Source of the DNA: Eubacteriales bacterium
GTDB taxonomy: Bacteria; Bacillota; Clostridia; Christensenellales; Aristaeellaceae
Assembly: GCA_031550095.1 (NCBI GenBank)
Contig: JAVBOX010000047.1
Location: forward strand, 1 to 58,670
Direction: 5' to 3'
DNA length: 58,670 nucleotides
Shown: positions 32,382 through 42,633 of the stretch, piece by piece
Layout of the letters: the number at the start of each line of letters is the position of its first letter
Position numbering within the stretch: position 1 is the first letter of the stretch
Position numbers and translations under genes: made by a program
Notes under the pieces: model-generated
What the model was told of the DNA's origin: nothing
The model's database searches: none
The model's input: only the letters and a program-made list of their open reading frames with translations

Positions 32382-33356
32382 TCAATACATCTTCACCACA
32401 TCCACATTTTGAAAAAACTCTCCTACAATTTCCTCGGCTTTTTTCCCTTCCTGGGCCAAGGCAAAGGCGCCCCACTGGCTCATGCCCACCCCATGGCCAA
32501 AGCCTTTGCCGGCCATTTTCACCTTTCCATCGGCAATGGACAGCTCCGTCAGGAATGTGGAGCGCATCTTTGTGCTGCCCAGGGCAATGCGGAAATCCGG
32601 CGCGTTGACCTCCTTGCCCCCCAGCATGAGCGTCACCGCCCGGCCGGACTGGCCCTTTTTGCCAATTTCCACGCTGTCCAGGTTATCCACGGCGAACCCA
32701 GCCGCCTTGGCCGCGTCCATGATCTCCTTGCTGGTAAACGTGGCGGACCAGGACGCGGCGTCGGCAGCCGCCTGATCGTTTTCATGTCCCTCGGCCACAC
32801 GGGTATAGGGAGGCTCCGGATCCTTCCAGTTGAGGCCCTCCTTGGCCAGCTCCGTCATGCCGCCGGAATGGGCGTGGAACCAGGCGTAGGGCAGCTCCCC
32901 ATTGGTGGACAGCACCATGCCCCGGGTCTCGGACACCGCCTGTTCCACCACGTCGTTGATGGCGGCCTTGTCATAGGCCTGAGCCTCTTCCACATCCGTG
33001 GAGATGTCAGCGCCTTCATATTTGGACTCCTTCTCCGTCATGAACCGCAGAACAAATGTCCGAGCCAGGATCGCCTGCGCCTTGAGGGCTTCCAGCGGCC
33101 AGTCGTTCTTCATTTCCCCTGCCAGAACCCCGGCAAGGTAGTCCTCCAGGGTCACTTCCTCGATCTTCTCGTCTTCCTTTACATACACAGACAGCACCGG
33201 CACCTGATCCTCGAACCGCTGAATCTTGGCGGGCATGGGCGGCACGGTTCCCCCCGCGGGAGCCTCCGTGGCCTTGGGATTTTCAGAAGCCGCCGAACAC
33301 CCGGCCAGCAAGGCCAGCAGCAGCAGGCAAGAAACGATCACGCGAAAAGCGCGCAT
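32382..33356 (-). CDS. spoIID: Stage II sporulation protein D (SpoIID/LytB-domain lytic transglycosylase), lipoprotein
   Basis: MRAFRVIVSCLLLLALLAGCSAAS contains the lipobox LLAGC. SpoIID-type HSGGMTE, HAHSGG-like and GFGHGVGMSQWGA motifs. GGAGGGG SD. Confidence 0.88.
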   Translation of the reverse strand: MRAFRVIVSCLLLLALLAGCSAASENPKATEAPAGGTVPPMPAKIQRFEDQVPVLSVYVKEDEKIEEVTLEDYLAGVLAGEMKNDWPLEALKAQAILARTFVLRFMTEKESKYEGADISTDVEEAQAYDKAAINDVVEQAVSETRGMVLSTNGELPYAWFHAHSGGMTELAKEGLNWKDPEPPYTRVAEGHENDQAAADAASWSATFTSKEIMDAAKAAGFAVDNLDSVEIGKKGQSGRAVTLMLGGKEVNAPDFRIALGSTKMRSTFLTELSIADGKVKMAGKGFGHGVGMSQWGAFALAQEGKKAEEIVGEFFQNVDVVKMY

Positions 33357-33439
33357 GGATATCCCCTCCGTATTCTTTTTTTGCCAGTTTGCGCCATTGG
33401 ATTCAAAAACATACACGAAAAAGGAAACAAGCGCCGATC

Positions 33440-33468
33440 TTGCAAAAAACCAACATCTCGTCTATACT
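33440..33468 (+). promoter_or_regulatory. Putative sigma-A promoter (TTGCAA-17-TATACT) for the glutamate-fermentation operon
   Basis: TTGCAA 33440..33445, a 17-nt spacer, TATACT 33463..33468. Confidence 0.5.
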
Positions 33469-33504
33469 GGATGGGGCAAAGCCAAATGTGGGAGGACGCA
33501 ATAC

Positions 33505-34350
33505 ATGCGGGAAATCACGGCACAGGCGGTCGCGGCGGAGGCGAAACGCCTGTTTTTGTATGCCTCCACCGTCATCGGGGCGGATGTGGAGGCCGCCATC
33601 TTGCGGGGCATTGAGGAGGAACCTTCCCCGGCGGGGCGATCCGCCCTGGAGCAAATCGCCGAAAACTACACAATCGCCAGGAAAGAAAACATGGCCATCT
33701 GCCAGGACACCGGCATGGCCATTGTCTTTGCGGATATAGGCCAGGATGTCCATATCACGGGAGGGGATTTTGAAACCGCCATCAACGAGGGCGTTCGGGA
33801 GGCCTACCGGGAGGGCTACCTCCGGAAGTCCATCGTAAGCGATCCCCTCTTTGACCGGGTCAACACAAGGGACAACACCCCCGCCGTGGTGCATGTGCGC
33901 ATCGTGCCCGGAGACCGGCTCCATTTATTGGTTACTCCCAAGGGCTTCGGAAGCGAGAACATGAGCCGGATGAAGATGCTGGTGCCCGCCGACGGGGTGG
34001 AGGGGGTAAAGCGCTTCGTGGTGGAGACGGTGGTGGAAGCCGGACCCAACCCATGCCCTCCGGTGATCGTGGGCGTGGGCATCGGCGGCAGCATGGAAAA
34101 GGCCGCCCTTCTGGCCAAGCGGATGACCGCCCGAACAGTGGGAAGCCACAACGCCGATCCCCGCTACGCGGAACTGGAAGACCGGATTCTGGCTTCCATC
34201 AACCGCTCCGGCGTGGGCCCCGCAGGCATCGGCGGGCGCATCACAGCCCTTTGCGTCAACATCGATTTTTTCCCAACCCATATCGCCGGGCTCCCCGTGG
34301 CGGTCAACGTCTGCTGCCATGCGGCACGGCATGGGGAAGGGGTGTTGTGA
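33505..34350 (+). CDS. Fe-S type (class I) hydro-lyase alpha subunit, fumarate hydratase/mesaconase type
   Basis: 281 aa with the CQDTGMAIVF and GVGIGG motifs of the tartrate/fumarate Fe-S hydro-lyase alpha family. GGGAGGA SD. Confidence 0.88.
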   Translation: MREITAQAVAAEAKRLFLYASTVIGADVEAAILRGIEEEPSPAGRSALEQIAENYTIARKENMAICQDTGMAIVFADIGQDVHITGGDFETAINEGVREAYREGYLRKSIVSDPLFDRVNTRDNTPAVVHVRIVPGDRLHLLVTPKGFGSENMSRMKMLVPADGVEGVKRFVVETVVEAGPNPCPPVIVGVGIGGSMEKAALLAKRMTARTVGSHNADPRYAELEDRILASINRSGVGPAGIGGRITALCVNIDFFPTHIAGLPVAVNVCCHAARHGEGVL

Positions 34351-34351
34351 G

Positions 34352-34903
34352 ATGATGAAGCGGCTCAGCCTGCCCCTCTCCGAGACGGATGCCCGGTCCC
34401 TAAAGGCCGGGGAGACGGTGATGCTCACCGGCGCCATGTACACCGGAAGGGACGCGGCCCACAAGCGGCTTGTGGCTCTTCTGGATGATGGAATGCCTCT
34501 TCCCATCGATATCGCGGGGGAAACCATCTATTATGTGGGCCCCGCGCCCGCGCCTCCGGGCTACGCCGTCGGCGCGGCAGGCCCCACCACCAGCTACCGG
34601 ATGGACGCCTACACGCCCCAACTGCTGGCCGCCGGCCTTCGCGCCATGATCGGCAAGGGGAAGCGGTCGCCCGCCGTCATCGAGGCCATGAAGGCCTGCG
34701 GCGCGGTGTATCTGGGCGCCACAGGCGGCGCGGCCGCCCTCATCGCCAAATCCATCATAAAGTCCGAGGTTCTTTGCTATGAGGACCTGGGGGCGGAGGC
34801 TATCCACCGCTTCACCGTCATAGACTTCCCCGCCATCGTCCTTATCGACAGCATGGGCAACAATCTTTACGAAACCGGACCTAGGGAGTATCGGGAGGAG
34901 TAA
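34352..34903 (+). CDS. Fe-S type (class I) hydro-lyase beta subunit, fumarate hydratase/mesaconase type
   Basis: 183 aa with [16 protein letters not shown] and GPTTSYRMD ... IGKGKR motifs. Starts 1 nt after the alpha-subunit stop. Confidence 0.88.
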   Translation: MMKRLSLPLSETDARSLKAGETVMLTGAMYTGRDAAHKRLVALLDDGMPLPIDIAGETIYYVGPAPAPPGYAVGAAGPTTSYRMDAYTPQLLAAGLRAMIGKGKRSPAVIEAMKACGAVYLGATGGAAALIAKSIIKSEVLCYEDLGAEAIHRFTVIDFPAIVLIDSMGNNLYETGPREYREE

Positions 34904-34904
34904 C

Positions 34905-35330
34905 ATGGGACACGAAAAGAAAACGCTGGTGATCGGGGTCATTGGGGCGGATGTACACGCGGTCGGCATTCAGATTCTCAACTACGCTTTCACGGAGGCC
35001 GGGTTCACCGTGGTCAATCTGGGCGTCATGGTTTCCCAGGAGGAATACATTGAGGCGGCCGTGGAAACGGCGGCGGACGCTATCGTGGTGTCCTCCCTGT
35101 ACGGCCACGGGGAGCTGGACTGCCGAGGGTTTCGGGAGAAGTGCGACGAAGCCGGCTTGAAGGAGATCCTGCTCTATGTGGGCGGGAACATCGTCGTGGG
35201 AAAACAGCCTTTTGAGGAGGTGGAGCAGCGGTTCCATGCCATGGGCTTCAATCGGGTATACGGCCCTGGCACACCGCCGGAAACCACCATCGCCGCGCTA
35301 AAAGAAGATCTGTACGGAGAAAAGCCATGA
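34905..35330 (+). CDS. glmS: Glutamate mutase (methylaspartate mutase) small subunit S, B12-binding
   Basis: 141 aa with the GADVHAVG (DxHxxG) cobalamin-binding motif. Confidence 0.92.
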   Translation: MGHEKKTLVIGVIGADVHAVGIQILNYAFTEAGFTVVNLGVMVSQEEYIEAAVETAADAIVVSSLYGHGELDCRGFREKCDEAGLKEILLYVGGNIVVGKQPFEEVEQRFHAMGFNRVYGPGTPPETTIAALKEDLYGEKP

Positions 35331-36712
35331 CGTCTGTTCTCCTCATCGACTTCGGTTCTACCTACACCAAGGTCACCGCCGTGGATGTGGAATCACCGGC
35401 CATCCTGGGCACCGCCAGCGCCCACACCACCATTCTGACGGATATCGGCGACGGGCTGGACGAGGCGCTTGAGAGGCTCAATGCCCAAACCGGTCCTCTC
35501 TCCTTCGCCGCGCGGTACGCTTGCTCCAGCGCGGCGGGAGGACTTCGGATGATCGCGTGCGGGCTGGTGCCCTCCCTCACCGTGGAGGCGGCTAGGCGGG
35601 CGGCCCTAGGCGCGGGGGCCAAGGTCATCCGGGTATACAGCTATGAGTTGACGGCGGAGGACGGGGCGGAGATCGGCTCGCTTAAGCCGGACATCCTCCT
35701 TTTGACCGGGGGCACCGATGGGGGCAACAAAGAAAACATCCTCCAGAACGCGGGTGCGCTGGCCCATGTGCCGGGGGACTTCCCCATCGTCGTCGCCGGA
35801 AACCGGGCAGTCACGGCCCAGTGCCTGGAGCTGCTTTCCGGTTCCTCCCACCCGACGATCCCTTGCGCCAACGTGATGCCGGTGTTCAACAGCCTCAACA
35901 TCGAGCCTGTGCAAGAGGTTATAAGGGAATTATTTCTCCGCCGGATCGTCCAGGCCAAGGGCCTTTCCAGGCAGCAGAGCCTTCTGGACGGCATCATGAT
36001 GCCCACCCCCGCCGCGGTGCTGGAGGCCCTAAAGCTCCTTTCGGAAGGCGTGCCCGGCCAACGAGGCATGGGAGATCTGGTGGCCGTGGATTTGGGCGGC
36101 GCCACCACGGATGTGTACTCCATCGCCGACGGCCTCCCCGCGGATGCTATGACGCTGCTGCGGGGCCTGCCGGAGCCCCACGCCAAGCGGACGGTGGAGG
36201 GGGATATCGGCATGCGCTACAGCGCCCAGGGCGTTGTGGAGGCGGTGGGGATGGATAAAATCGCTTCCCTGTCCGGCCTTTCGGAGCCGGAAATCATGTC
36301 CTGCCTCGCCCGCGTCAAGGCCTCCCCAGATGTCTTGTCCGCCCAGAACGATCCCCTGGCCCGGATGGATTTCGCCCTGGCGGTATCCGCCATCGACCGG
36401 GCGCTTGTCCGCCACGCGGGCATCATCGAGCGAGTTTATACCCCCAACGGCATGCTCGCCCAGCAAACGGGCAAGGATCTAACCCGGGTGGAAACCATGA
36501 TCCTCACAGGCGGCGCACTGGCCTTTGGAGGCAATGCCGGGAAAATCGCCAAAGCCGCGACAGAGAGCCCCGGGAATTCAAACGCCCTGCGGCCGGCCCA
36601 TGCCAGGGCGCTGCTGGACAAGCGGTACATCCTGGCGGCCATGGGCCTGCTCAGCGGACAGCATCCCCATGCCGCGTTCACCCTCATGAAGCGACTATTT
36701 CTACAGGAATAA
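35327..36712 (+). CDS. glmL: Glutamate mutase accessory/reactivating protein GlmL (MutL)
   Basis: 461 aa with an [16 protein letters not shown]-type ATPase start. Sits between glmS and glmE as in clostridial mut operons. Confidence 0.85.
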   Translation: MTSVLLIDFGSTYTKVTAVDVESPAILGTASAHTTILTDIGDGLDEALERLNAQTGPLSFAARYACSSAAGGLRMIACGLVPSLTVEAARRAALGAGAKVIRVYSYELTAEDGAEIGSLKPDILLLTGGTDGGNKENILQNAGALAHVPGDFPIVVAGNRAVTAQCLELLSGSSHPTIPCANVMPVFNSLNIEPVQEVIRELFLRRIVQAKGLSRQQSLLDGIMMPTPAAVLEALKLLSEGVPGQRGMGDLVAVDLGGATTDVYSIADGLPADAMTLLRGLPEPHAKRTVEGDIGMRYSAQGVVEAVGMDKIASLSGLSEPEIMSCLARVKASPDVLSAQNDPLARMDFALAVSAIDRALVRHAGIIERVYTPNGMLAQQTGKDLTRVETMILTGGALAFGGNAGKIAKAATESPGNSNALRPAHARALLDKRYILAAMGLLSGQHPHAAFTLMKRLFLQE

Positions 36713-36724
36713 AGGAGTAAAACC

Positions 36725-38173
36725 ATGGGACTTTGCAACAAGCGAATCCAAGAAGGTGAATTCTGGTCGGAGCGCCAGTCCGTCCTGGCCCAATGGCCAA
36801 CCGGCGCGGATGTGGATCTGAACGAAGCCATCGCTTATCAAAAGGCCATTCCGGCAGCCAAGCGTTTCTCCGAAAAGCTTCGTGAAGCGGCGGCAAAGGG
36901 AGTGACGCTGATTCAGCCCCGGGCCGGCGTTCCCCTCATTGAAAAGCATATCGAGCTGCTCACCCATCTGGAGACGGCGGGGGAAGCGGACTTGCTGCCA
37001 ACCACCATCGACAGCTATACCCGGCTAAACCGCTATGAGGAGGCGGAAAAGGGGATTCGGGAAAGCACCCTGCAGAATAAGGCCATGCTCAACGGCTTCC
37101 CCGCCGTGAACCACGGCGTCGGCGGGTGCCGCCGGGTGACAGAGGCGGTGAAATCCCCCGTGCAGGGTCGCCACGGCACGCCGGACGCAAGGCTGCTGGC
37201 CGAGATCACCCTGGCGGGAGGGTTTACGAGCTACGAGGGCGGCGGCATATCCTATAACATTCCCTACTGCAAAAATGTGCCCATGGAAAAGACCATCAGG
37301 GACTGGCAGTATGTGGACCGGCTCACCGGATATTATGAGGAGCAGGGAATCGAGATCAACCGAGAGCCCTTTGGTCCCCTGACGGGCACGCTGGTGCCCC
37401 CCTGCGTTTCCCACGCCGTGGCGGTCACAGAGGCCCTTCTGGCGGCGGAGCAAGGGGTTCGAAACATCACGGTGGGGTACGGCCAATGCGGCAACCTGAT
37501 CCAGGACGTGGCGGCCATCCGCTCCTTGGCAATGCTCACCAACGAATACCTTGCCAAATACGGGTACGCGTGCGAGGTAACCACCGTGCTCCACCAATGG
37601 ATGGGAGGCTTTCCCCAGGACGAGGCAAAGGCTTTCAGCGTCATTTCCTGGGGCAGCGCCGCGGCCGCCTTGGGCGGCGCCACAAAGGTCATCGTCAAAA
37701 CGCCCCACGAGGCCATCGGCATCCCCACGGCGGATGCAAACGCCCAGGGCCTCCGCTGCACAAAACAGATCATCTCCATGCTGGCGGATCAGCGCTTTGG
37801 GGACAGCACGGCCTTGGACGAGGAAATCCGCATCATACGCGAGGAAACCCGCTGCATCCTGGAGAAAACATTGGAGCTGGGCAGCGGCGACATTGCCGAG
37901 GGCACCGTGCGGGCGTTTCAGGCGGGGGTCATCGACGTTCCGTTCGCCCCCAGCCGCATCAACGCCGGGAAAATACTGCCCGCCCGGGACAACGATGGCG
38001 CCATCCGCCTACTGGACCCCGCTAACCTGCCCCTGACCCAAGCCTTGAAGGACTTCCATCGGGAGAAGATTCAGGCCCGAGCCAAAGCAGAAAAGCGGGA
38101 CGTCAGTTTCCAGATGGTTACGGACGATATCTACGCCATCAGCAAAGGCAGGCTGGTGGGCCGCCCCCGGTAA
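36725..38173 (+). CDS. glmE: Glutamate mutase (methylaspartate mutase) large subunit E
   Basis: 482 aa. TIM-barrel GlmE-like sequence (IQPRAGV...TIDSYTR...). AAAGGAG SD. Confidence 0.92.
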   Translation: MGLCNKRIQEGEFWSERQSVLAQWPTGADVDLNEAIAYQKAIPAAKRFSEKLREAAAKGVTLIQPRAGVPLIEKHIELLTHLETAGEADLLPTTIDSYTRLNRYEEAEKGIRESTLQNKAMLNGFPAVNHGVGGCRRVTEAVKSPVQGRHGTPDARLLAEITLAGGFTSYEGGGISYNIPYCKNVPMEKTIRDWQYVDRLTGYYEEQGIEINREPFGPLTGTLVPPCVSHAVAVTEALLAAEQGVRNITVGYGQCGNLIQDVAAIRSLAMLTNEYLAKYGYACEVTTVLHQWMGGFPQDEAKAFSVISWGSAAAALGGATKVIVKTPHEAIGIPTADANAQGLRCTKQIISMLADQRFGDSTALDEEIRIIREETRCILEKTLELGSGDIAEGTVRAFQAGVIDVPFAPSRINAGKILPARDNDGAIRLLDPANLPLTQALKDFHREKIQARAKAEKRDVSFQMVTDDIYAISKGRLVGRPR

Positions 38174-38239
38174 AGCGTCGCCGAAGGGAACGCCCTCGCT
38201 TACGAGAGAGGCGCCCAAGCGGAAAGGAAAGGGATTTGA

Positions 38240-39496
38240 ATGAAAATTACCAAGCTCATCTACGCGCCAGGCCGGACCGGGTTTTTCTTTGACGATCAAA
38301 AAGCCATCAAGACCGGCGCCATCGCGGATGGCTCCGCCTATCGGGGAGATCCTATGACGCCGGGCTTTTCCGCCGTCCGCCAGGCGGGAGAGGCCATTTC
38401 AGTCATGCTTGTGCTGGAAAACGGCGAAATCGGCTGGGGAGACTGTGCCGCTGTTCAGTATTCCGGCGCGGGCGGCCGGGATCCGCTGTTCCTGGCTTCC
38501 GAGTTCATTCCCATCCTGGAGTCCACGGTAGCCCCCGCCTTGGTCGGTGAGGAAGCGGACAGCTTCCGGCGGCTATGCCAAAGGCTGGAGTCCATTCGTG
38601 TGGAGGGCAAACCCCTCCATACGGCCATCCGCTACGGGGTGTCCCAAGCCATCTTAGACGCCGTCGCCAAATCCAGGCGGCTGAACCTGTGCGACGTGGT
38701 GGCCCAGGAGTATGGCACAAAGGTGGCGGAAGCCATGCTGCCCATATTCACCCAGTCCGGAGACAGCCGCTATGACAATGCGGACAAGATGATATTAAAG
38801 CACGCGCAAGTGCTGCCCCATGGGCTCATCAATAACATGAACACCAAGCTGGGCAAAGACGGAGGCCTGTTGCTGGAATACATCGGCTGGCTTCGGGACC
38901 GGATCATCGCCCTCCGGCCGGAGCCGGATTACGCCCCTGTGCTGCACCTGGACTGCTACGGCACCATCGGGCAGGCTTTCGGAAACGACAACTACCCGGC
39001 CATGGCGGACTATTGCGCGAAACTCTGCGAGGCCGCCAAGCCTTTCCATCTCCGGGTGGAAGGCCCCATGGATTCCGGCAGCCGAGAGTGGCAAATGAAG
39101 GATTTGGCGGGCCTGACGGCGCTGCTGGATGCCCGGGGCATCGATGTGGAACTAGTGGCGGATGAGTGGTGCAACACCTATGAGGACGTCCGGTACTTCG
39201 CCGACAACAGGGCCGGACATATGATTCAGATCAAGACCCCGGATCTTGGTTCCATCCATAATACCGTGGAAGCCGTTCTCTATTGCCAGCAAAAGGGCAT
39301 CAGCGCTTACCAGGGCGGCACCTGCAACGAGACAGACCGCTCCGCCCAGGTCTGTGCGCAAATCGCCATGGCCACCGGCCCGGCCCAGATTCTGGCCAAG
39401 CCGGGCATGGGCGTGGATGAGGGCTATATGATCGTTTTCAATGAGATGCAGCGTGTGCTGGCCCTTCGGCGCGCGGGAATTGGCGTGGCGAAGTAA
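38240..39496 (+). CDS. mal: 3-methylaspartate ammonia-lyase
   Basis: 418 aa of the enolase-superfamily methylaspartase type (MKI..L.. start, IQIKTPDLGS, QGGTCNETD). Confidence 0.92.
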   Translation: MKITKLIYAPGRTGFFFDDQKAIKTGAIADGSAYRGDPMTPGFSAVRQAGEAISVMLVLENGEIGWGDCAAVQYSGAGGRDPLFLASEFIPILESTVAPALVGEEADSFRRLCQRLESIRVEGKPLHTAIRYGVSQAILDAVAKSRRLNLCDVVAQEYGTKVAEAMLPIFTQSGDSRYDNADKMILKHAQVLPHGLINNMNTKLGKDGGLLLEYIGWLRDRIIALRPEPDYAPVLHLDCYGTIGQAFGNDNYPAMADYCAKLCEAAKPFHLRVEGPMDSGSREWQMKDLAGLTALLDARGIDVELVADEWCNTYEDVRYFADNRAGHMIQIKTPDLGSIHNTVEAVLYCQQKGISAYQGGTCNETDRSAQVCAQIAMATGPAQILAKPGMGVDEGYMIVFNEMQRVLALRRAGIGVAK

Positions 39497-39561
39497 ATGA
39501 GGCGGTCCCATGGATTCACAACACCCCGGAACCTGGTTCTCGAAGAAAGGAGCCACCTGTT

Positions 39562-40920
39562 ATGCGCGAGGAGTACCGTATTCTTTCCACCACAGCCATC
39601 CTGGGCTATGGTTTTCCCATCGCTTCCTTTGAGGCGGGCATGGCGAGAAAGCCCCATCTCATCGCCGTGGACGCCGGCTCCACGGACCCCGGCCCCTATT
39701 ATTTGGGCGCGGGAGAGAGCTTTACCGACCGGAACGCCGTAAAGCGGGATCTCTCTATCATGCTCCCGGCAGCCGTGGAACACGCCATTCCCGTGGTGAT
39801 CGGAACGGCGGGAGGCAGCGGCGCGGACATCCATGTGGCCTGGTGCCGGGAGATCATCGAGGAAATCGCCCGGGAACAAAACCTCCATTTTCAAATGGCG
39901 GTCATCGGCGCGGAGATCCCCAAGGAAACCCTCCGGACGGCCTTGGCGGAGGGCAGGATCACGCCGCTGGCCCCCGCTCCGGCGCTAACCTCAAAGACCC
40001 TGGAGGCCACGGTCCGGGTGGTGGGCCAGATGGGCGTCGAGCCTTTCATCAAGGCCTTGGACGCGGGCGCCCAGGTGATCCTGGCGGGCCGGGCATACGA
40101 TCCGGCGTGCTTCGCGGCGGCGGCTGTCCGGGCAGGGTATGATCAGGGCTTGGCCACCCATCTGGGCAAGATTCTTGAATGCGCGTCCATTGCGGCCACG
40201 CCTGGCAGCGGTTCGGACTGCATGTTCGGCTACCTGGGGGAGGATTACTTCCGCCTGGAACCCTTGAACCCCATACGCAAATGCACCTCCCTTTCCGTAG
40301 CGGCTCATACGCTCTATGAAAAGACCAACCCCTATGTGCTTCCCGGGCCGGGGGGCTCCCTGGATCTCCGGGACGCCAAGTTCGAGCAGGAAACCGAATC
40401 CATCGCCAGGGTGACGGGGAGCCGGTTTATCCCATCCAGCCCTTATACCATCAAGCTAGAAGGGGCCAGGCCCATTGGCTACCGGACGATCTCCATCGCC
40501 GGCACCCGGGATCCCATCATGACGCGGGAGATCGATAACATCACCGCGGCCGTTCGGGAAAGGGTTTCGGACAACTTCAAGGGAGCGAATTTCGAATACA
40601 CCCTCCACTTCATCCTCTATGGCCGGGATGGGGTCATGGGCAAGCTGGAACCTACGCCAATTGCGGATGGGCATGAGCTGGGCATCGTCATCGAAGCCAT
40701 CGCGGACACCCAGGCCCAGGCCGACACCATCTGCGCCTTTGCCCGGTCCACCATGCTCCATTACGGCTATTCGGGCCGCATGGCCACGGCGGGAAACCTG
40801 GCCTTCCCCTATTCGCCCAGCGATTTTCACGCGGGGCAAGTGTTCGTGTTCAGCCTTTACCACCTCATCACCGTGGACGATCCCTGCGCCCTGTTCCCCA
40901 TGACCCTGATCGCCCTGTAA
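39562..40920 (+). CDS. AtuA-like (DUF1446) protein of unknown biochemical function
   Basis: 452 aa. By eye it resembles acyclic-terpene-utilisation AtuA/DUF1446 family proteins (ILGYGFP ... AVDAGSTDPGPYYLG ... ILAGRAYD ... HLGKILECA). AAAGGAG SD, 65 nt after mal. Confidence 0.7.
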   Translation: MREEYRILSTTAILGYGFPIASFEAGMARKPHLIAVDAGSTDPGPYYLGAGESFTDRNAVKRDLSIMLPAAVEHAIPVVIGTAGGSGADIHVAWCREIIEEIAREQNLHFQMAVIGAEIPKETLRTALAEGRITPLAPAPALTSKTLEATVRVVGQMGVEPFIKALDAGAQVILAGRAYDPACFAAAAVRAGYDQGLATHLGKILECASIAATPGSGSDCMFGYLGEDYFRLEPLNPIRKCTSLSVAAHTLYEKTNPYVLPGPGGSLDLRDAKFEQETESIARVTGSRFIPSSPYTIKLEGARPIGYRTISIAGTRDPIMTREIDNITAAVRERVSDNFKGANFEYTLHFILYGRDGVMGKLEPTPIADGHELGIVIEAIADTQAQADTICAFARSTMLHYGYSGRMATAGNLAFPYSPSDFHAGQVFVFSLYHLITVDDPCALFPMTLIAL

Positions 40921-40932
40921 AGGAGGCGCCAC

Positions 40933-41250
40933 ATGCAAACAAAGCTCACCGATATCGCGGGCATCATCCGCAGCAAAAACTCGGGACCTTATGAGCTGAC
41001 CCTGGATATCATGTTCAAGACACGGGAATGGTACGAGCGGGCGAGGGACGCGGGGGCCATCAACGCGGACGTGGTCTGCGGGCTCTACCGCATTGAGCCC
41101 AAGGACATCATCAACATCATCGCCTTTGAGCCCGCCAACGCCATCAAAATCACCATCGTCCGCCCCATTTGCTCCGGCGACCCGGGGGAGACGGATGTCT
41201 ATGGCGCCCAGCAGCACGCGCCGCTGTTGGGGCTTACCCTTGATATTTAG
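40933..41250 (+). CDS. DUF4387 small protein (usual partner of DUF1446)
   Basis: 105 aa with IRSKNSGPYELTLDIMF ... IKITIVRP ... DVYGAQQHAPLL. AAAGGAGG SD, 12 nt after the preceding stop. Confidence 0.7.
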   Translation: MQTKLTDIAGIIRSKNSGPYELTLDIMFKTREWYERARDAGAINADVVCGLYRIEPKDIINIIAFEPANAIKITIVRPICSGDPGETDVYGAQQHAPLLGLTLDI

Positions 41251-41274
41251 GATATTGGAGAGAAAGGGAACCGA

Positions 41275-42606
41275 ATGAAAAAACATGCATTTGCGGCCGT
41301 TACGCTATGCCTCTGCCTTCTCTGCGGCGCCTGCTTTGCCCAGACGGAAACATGGTCCGCCCAGGGAGCGGCGCTCGCCTTGGTGGAACGGCTGGCCGCG
41401 GGGGATTACGGGGCCGTTTCCGGCGAGGCCGATGAATCCATCCGGGCAATGCTCACCCCCGAAATCATTCAACAAGCGTGGGAGGATGCCGTAGCAGCCT
41501 TAGGCGCGTATCAGGGCATTGATGTCGCGGTGGAAGCACAGCAGGGAAATCAGCGAGTCGCTCAGGTGATGCTCAACCATGAAGGCGGCCAGCAGGCGTT
41601 CGTCGCCGTCTATAATGAACAGCGGAAGCTTGCGGGCTTGCAGCTGATTCCCGTGCCCAAGTACGCGGAAGAAACGCCTTTGCCCCTTCCGGAGGGCGCT
41701 GCCGAGGAGCCCATCCGCTTGCGCCCGGACGAAGCGGACGAGACAGGGGGCATGCTCACGCTGCCAAAGGGAGACGGGCCTTTCCCCGCCGTGGTGCTCA
41801 TCCATGGTTCCGGCGCGTCGGACATGGACGAGACCGTCTTTGGCATGAAGCCCTTCCGGGACATCGCCATGGGTTTGGCGGAGCAGGGCATCGCCTCGCT
41901 CCGGTACGACAAATACACCTATGCCCATGGCGATCTGCTCAAGGACGCCGTCGCCACCATCCAAACCGAGTATGAACTGGATGTGACCGCCGCGGTGGCG
42001 CTGCTCAAGGCGGACGCCCGGATTGGCGACATCTATCTGGCCGGTCACAGCGAAGGCGGCATGCTGATTCCCCGCCTGCTAGACCTCCGCAAGGAGGACG
42101 TCAAGGGCGCCGTCATCCTGGCGGGATCGCCCCGCGGCCTTTGGGAAATTCAAGCCATGCAGAATGAATACGCCTATGCAAACGCAACCGAGGAGCAGAA
42201 GGCGTCCGCCCAAGCCTTTATCGACATTGAAATAGAGAAGGGACAGCGGCTGGACACCATGGGCGAGGCGGAGCTTGCGGCCGAGACCGTCTTTGGCATT
42301 CCCGCCGCGTACCATAAGGATCTCGCCAGCGTGGACCCCATCGCCAAAGCCAAGGAGCTGGCCATGCCCTTGCTCATCCTGCAAGGGGGTAAAGACTTTC
42401 AGGTAAGCCCCGCTGTGGACTTTGAGGCTTGGAAGGCCGGGCTCTCCGGCGTTGATTTCGTGTCCTTCATCCTCTATCCGGATTTGACCCACCTGTTCAC
42501 CCCCCTGGAAGGCGATACCACCAACAGCGTGGACGACTATTCCAATGGGGGCCACGTGTCACCGGAGGTCAGTCAAAACATCGGCGCCTGGATTCAAGCG
42601 AGATAG
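41275..42606 (+). CDS. Secreted alpha/beta hydrolase with N-terminal DUF3887-like domain
   Basis: 443 aa. Signal peptide MKKHAFAAVTLCLCLLCGACFAQ. GHSEGG nucleophile elbow. GGAGAGAAAGGG SD. Confidence 0.8.
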   Translation: MKKHAFAAVTLCLCLLCGACFAQTETWSAQGAALALVERLAAGDYGAVSGEADESIRAMLTPEIIQQAWEDAVAALGAYQGIDVAVEAQQGNQRVAQVMLNHEGGQQAFVAVYNEQRKLAGLQLIPVPKYAEETPLPLPEGAAEEPIRLRPDEADETGGMLTLPKGDGPFPAVVLIHGSGASDMDETVFGMKPFRDIAMGLAEQGIASLRYDKYTYAHGDLLKDAVATIQTEYELDVTAAVALLKADARIGDIYLAGHSEGGMLIPRLLDLRKEDVKGAVILAGSPRGLWEIQAMQNEYAYANATEEQKASAQAFIDIEIEKGQRLDTMGEAELAAETVFGIPAAYHKDLASVDPIAKAKELAMPLLILQGGKDFQVSPAVDFEAWKAGLSGVDFVSFILYPDLTHLFTPLEGDTTNSVDDYSNGGHVSPEVSQNIGAWIQAR

Positions 42607-42633
42607 TCGCTGCCCACAAAAGGAGGTCCCCCT

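Noticed and set aside
33357-33504. A cobalamin riboswitch was considered upstream of the B12-dependent glutamate mutase operon.
   Set aside because: The region is under 150 nt, contains a plain promoter plus SD, and has no B12-box-like element.
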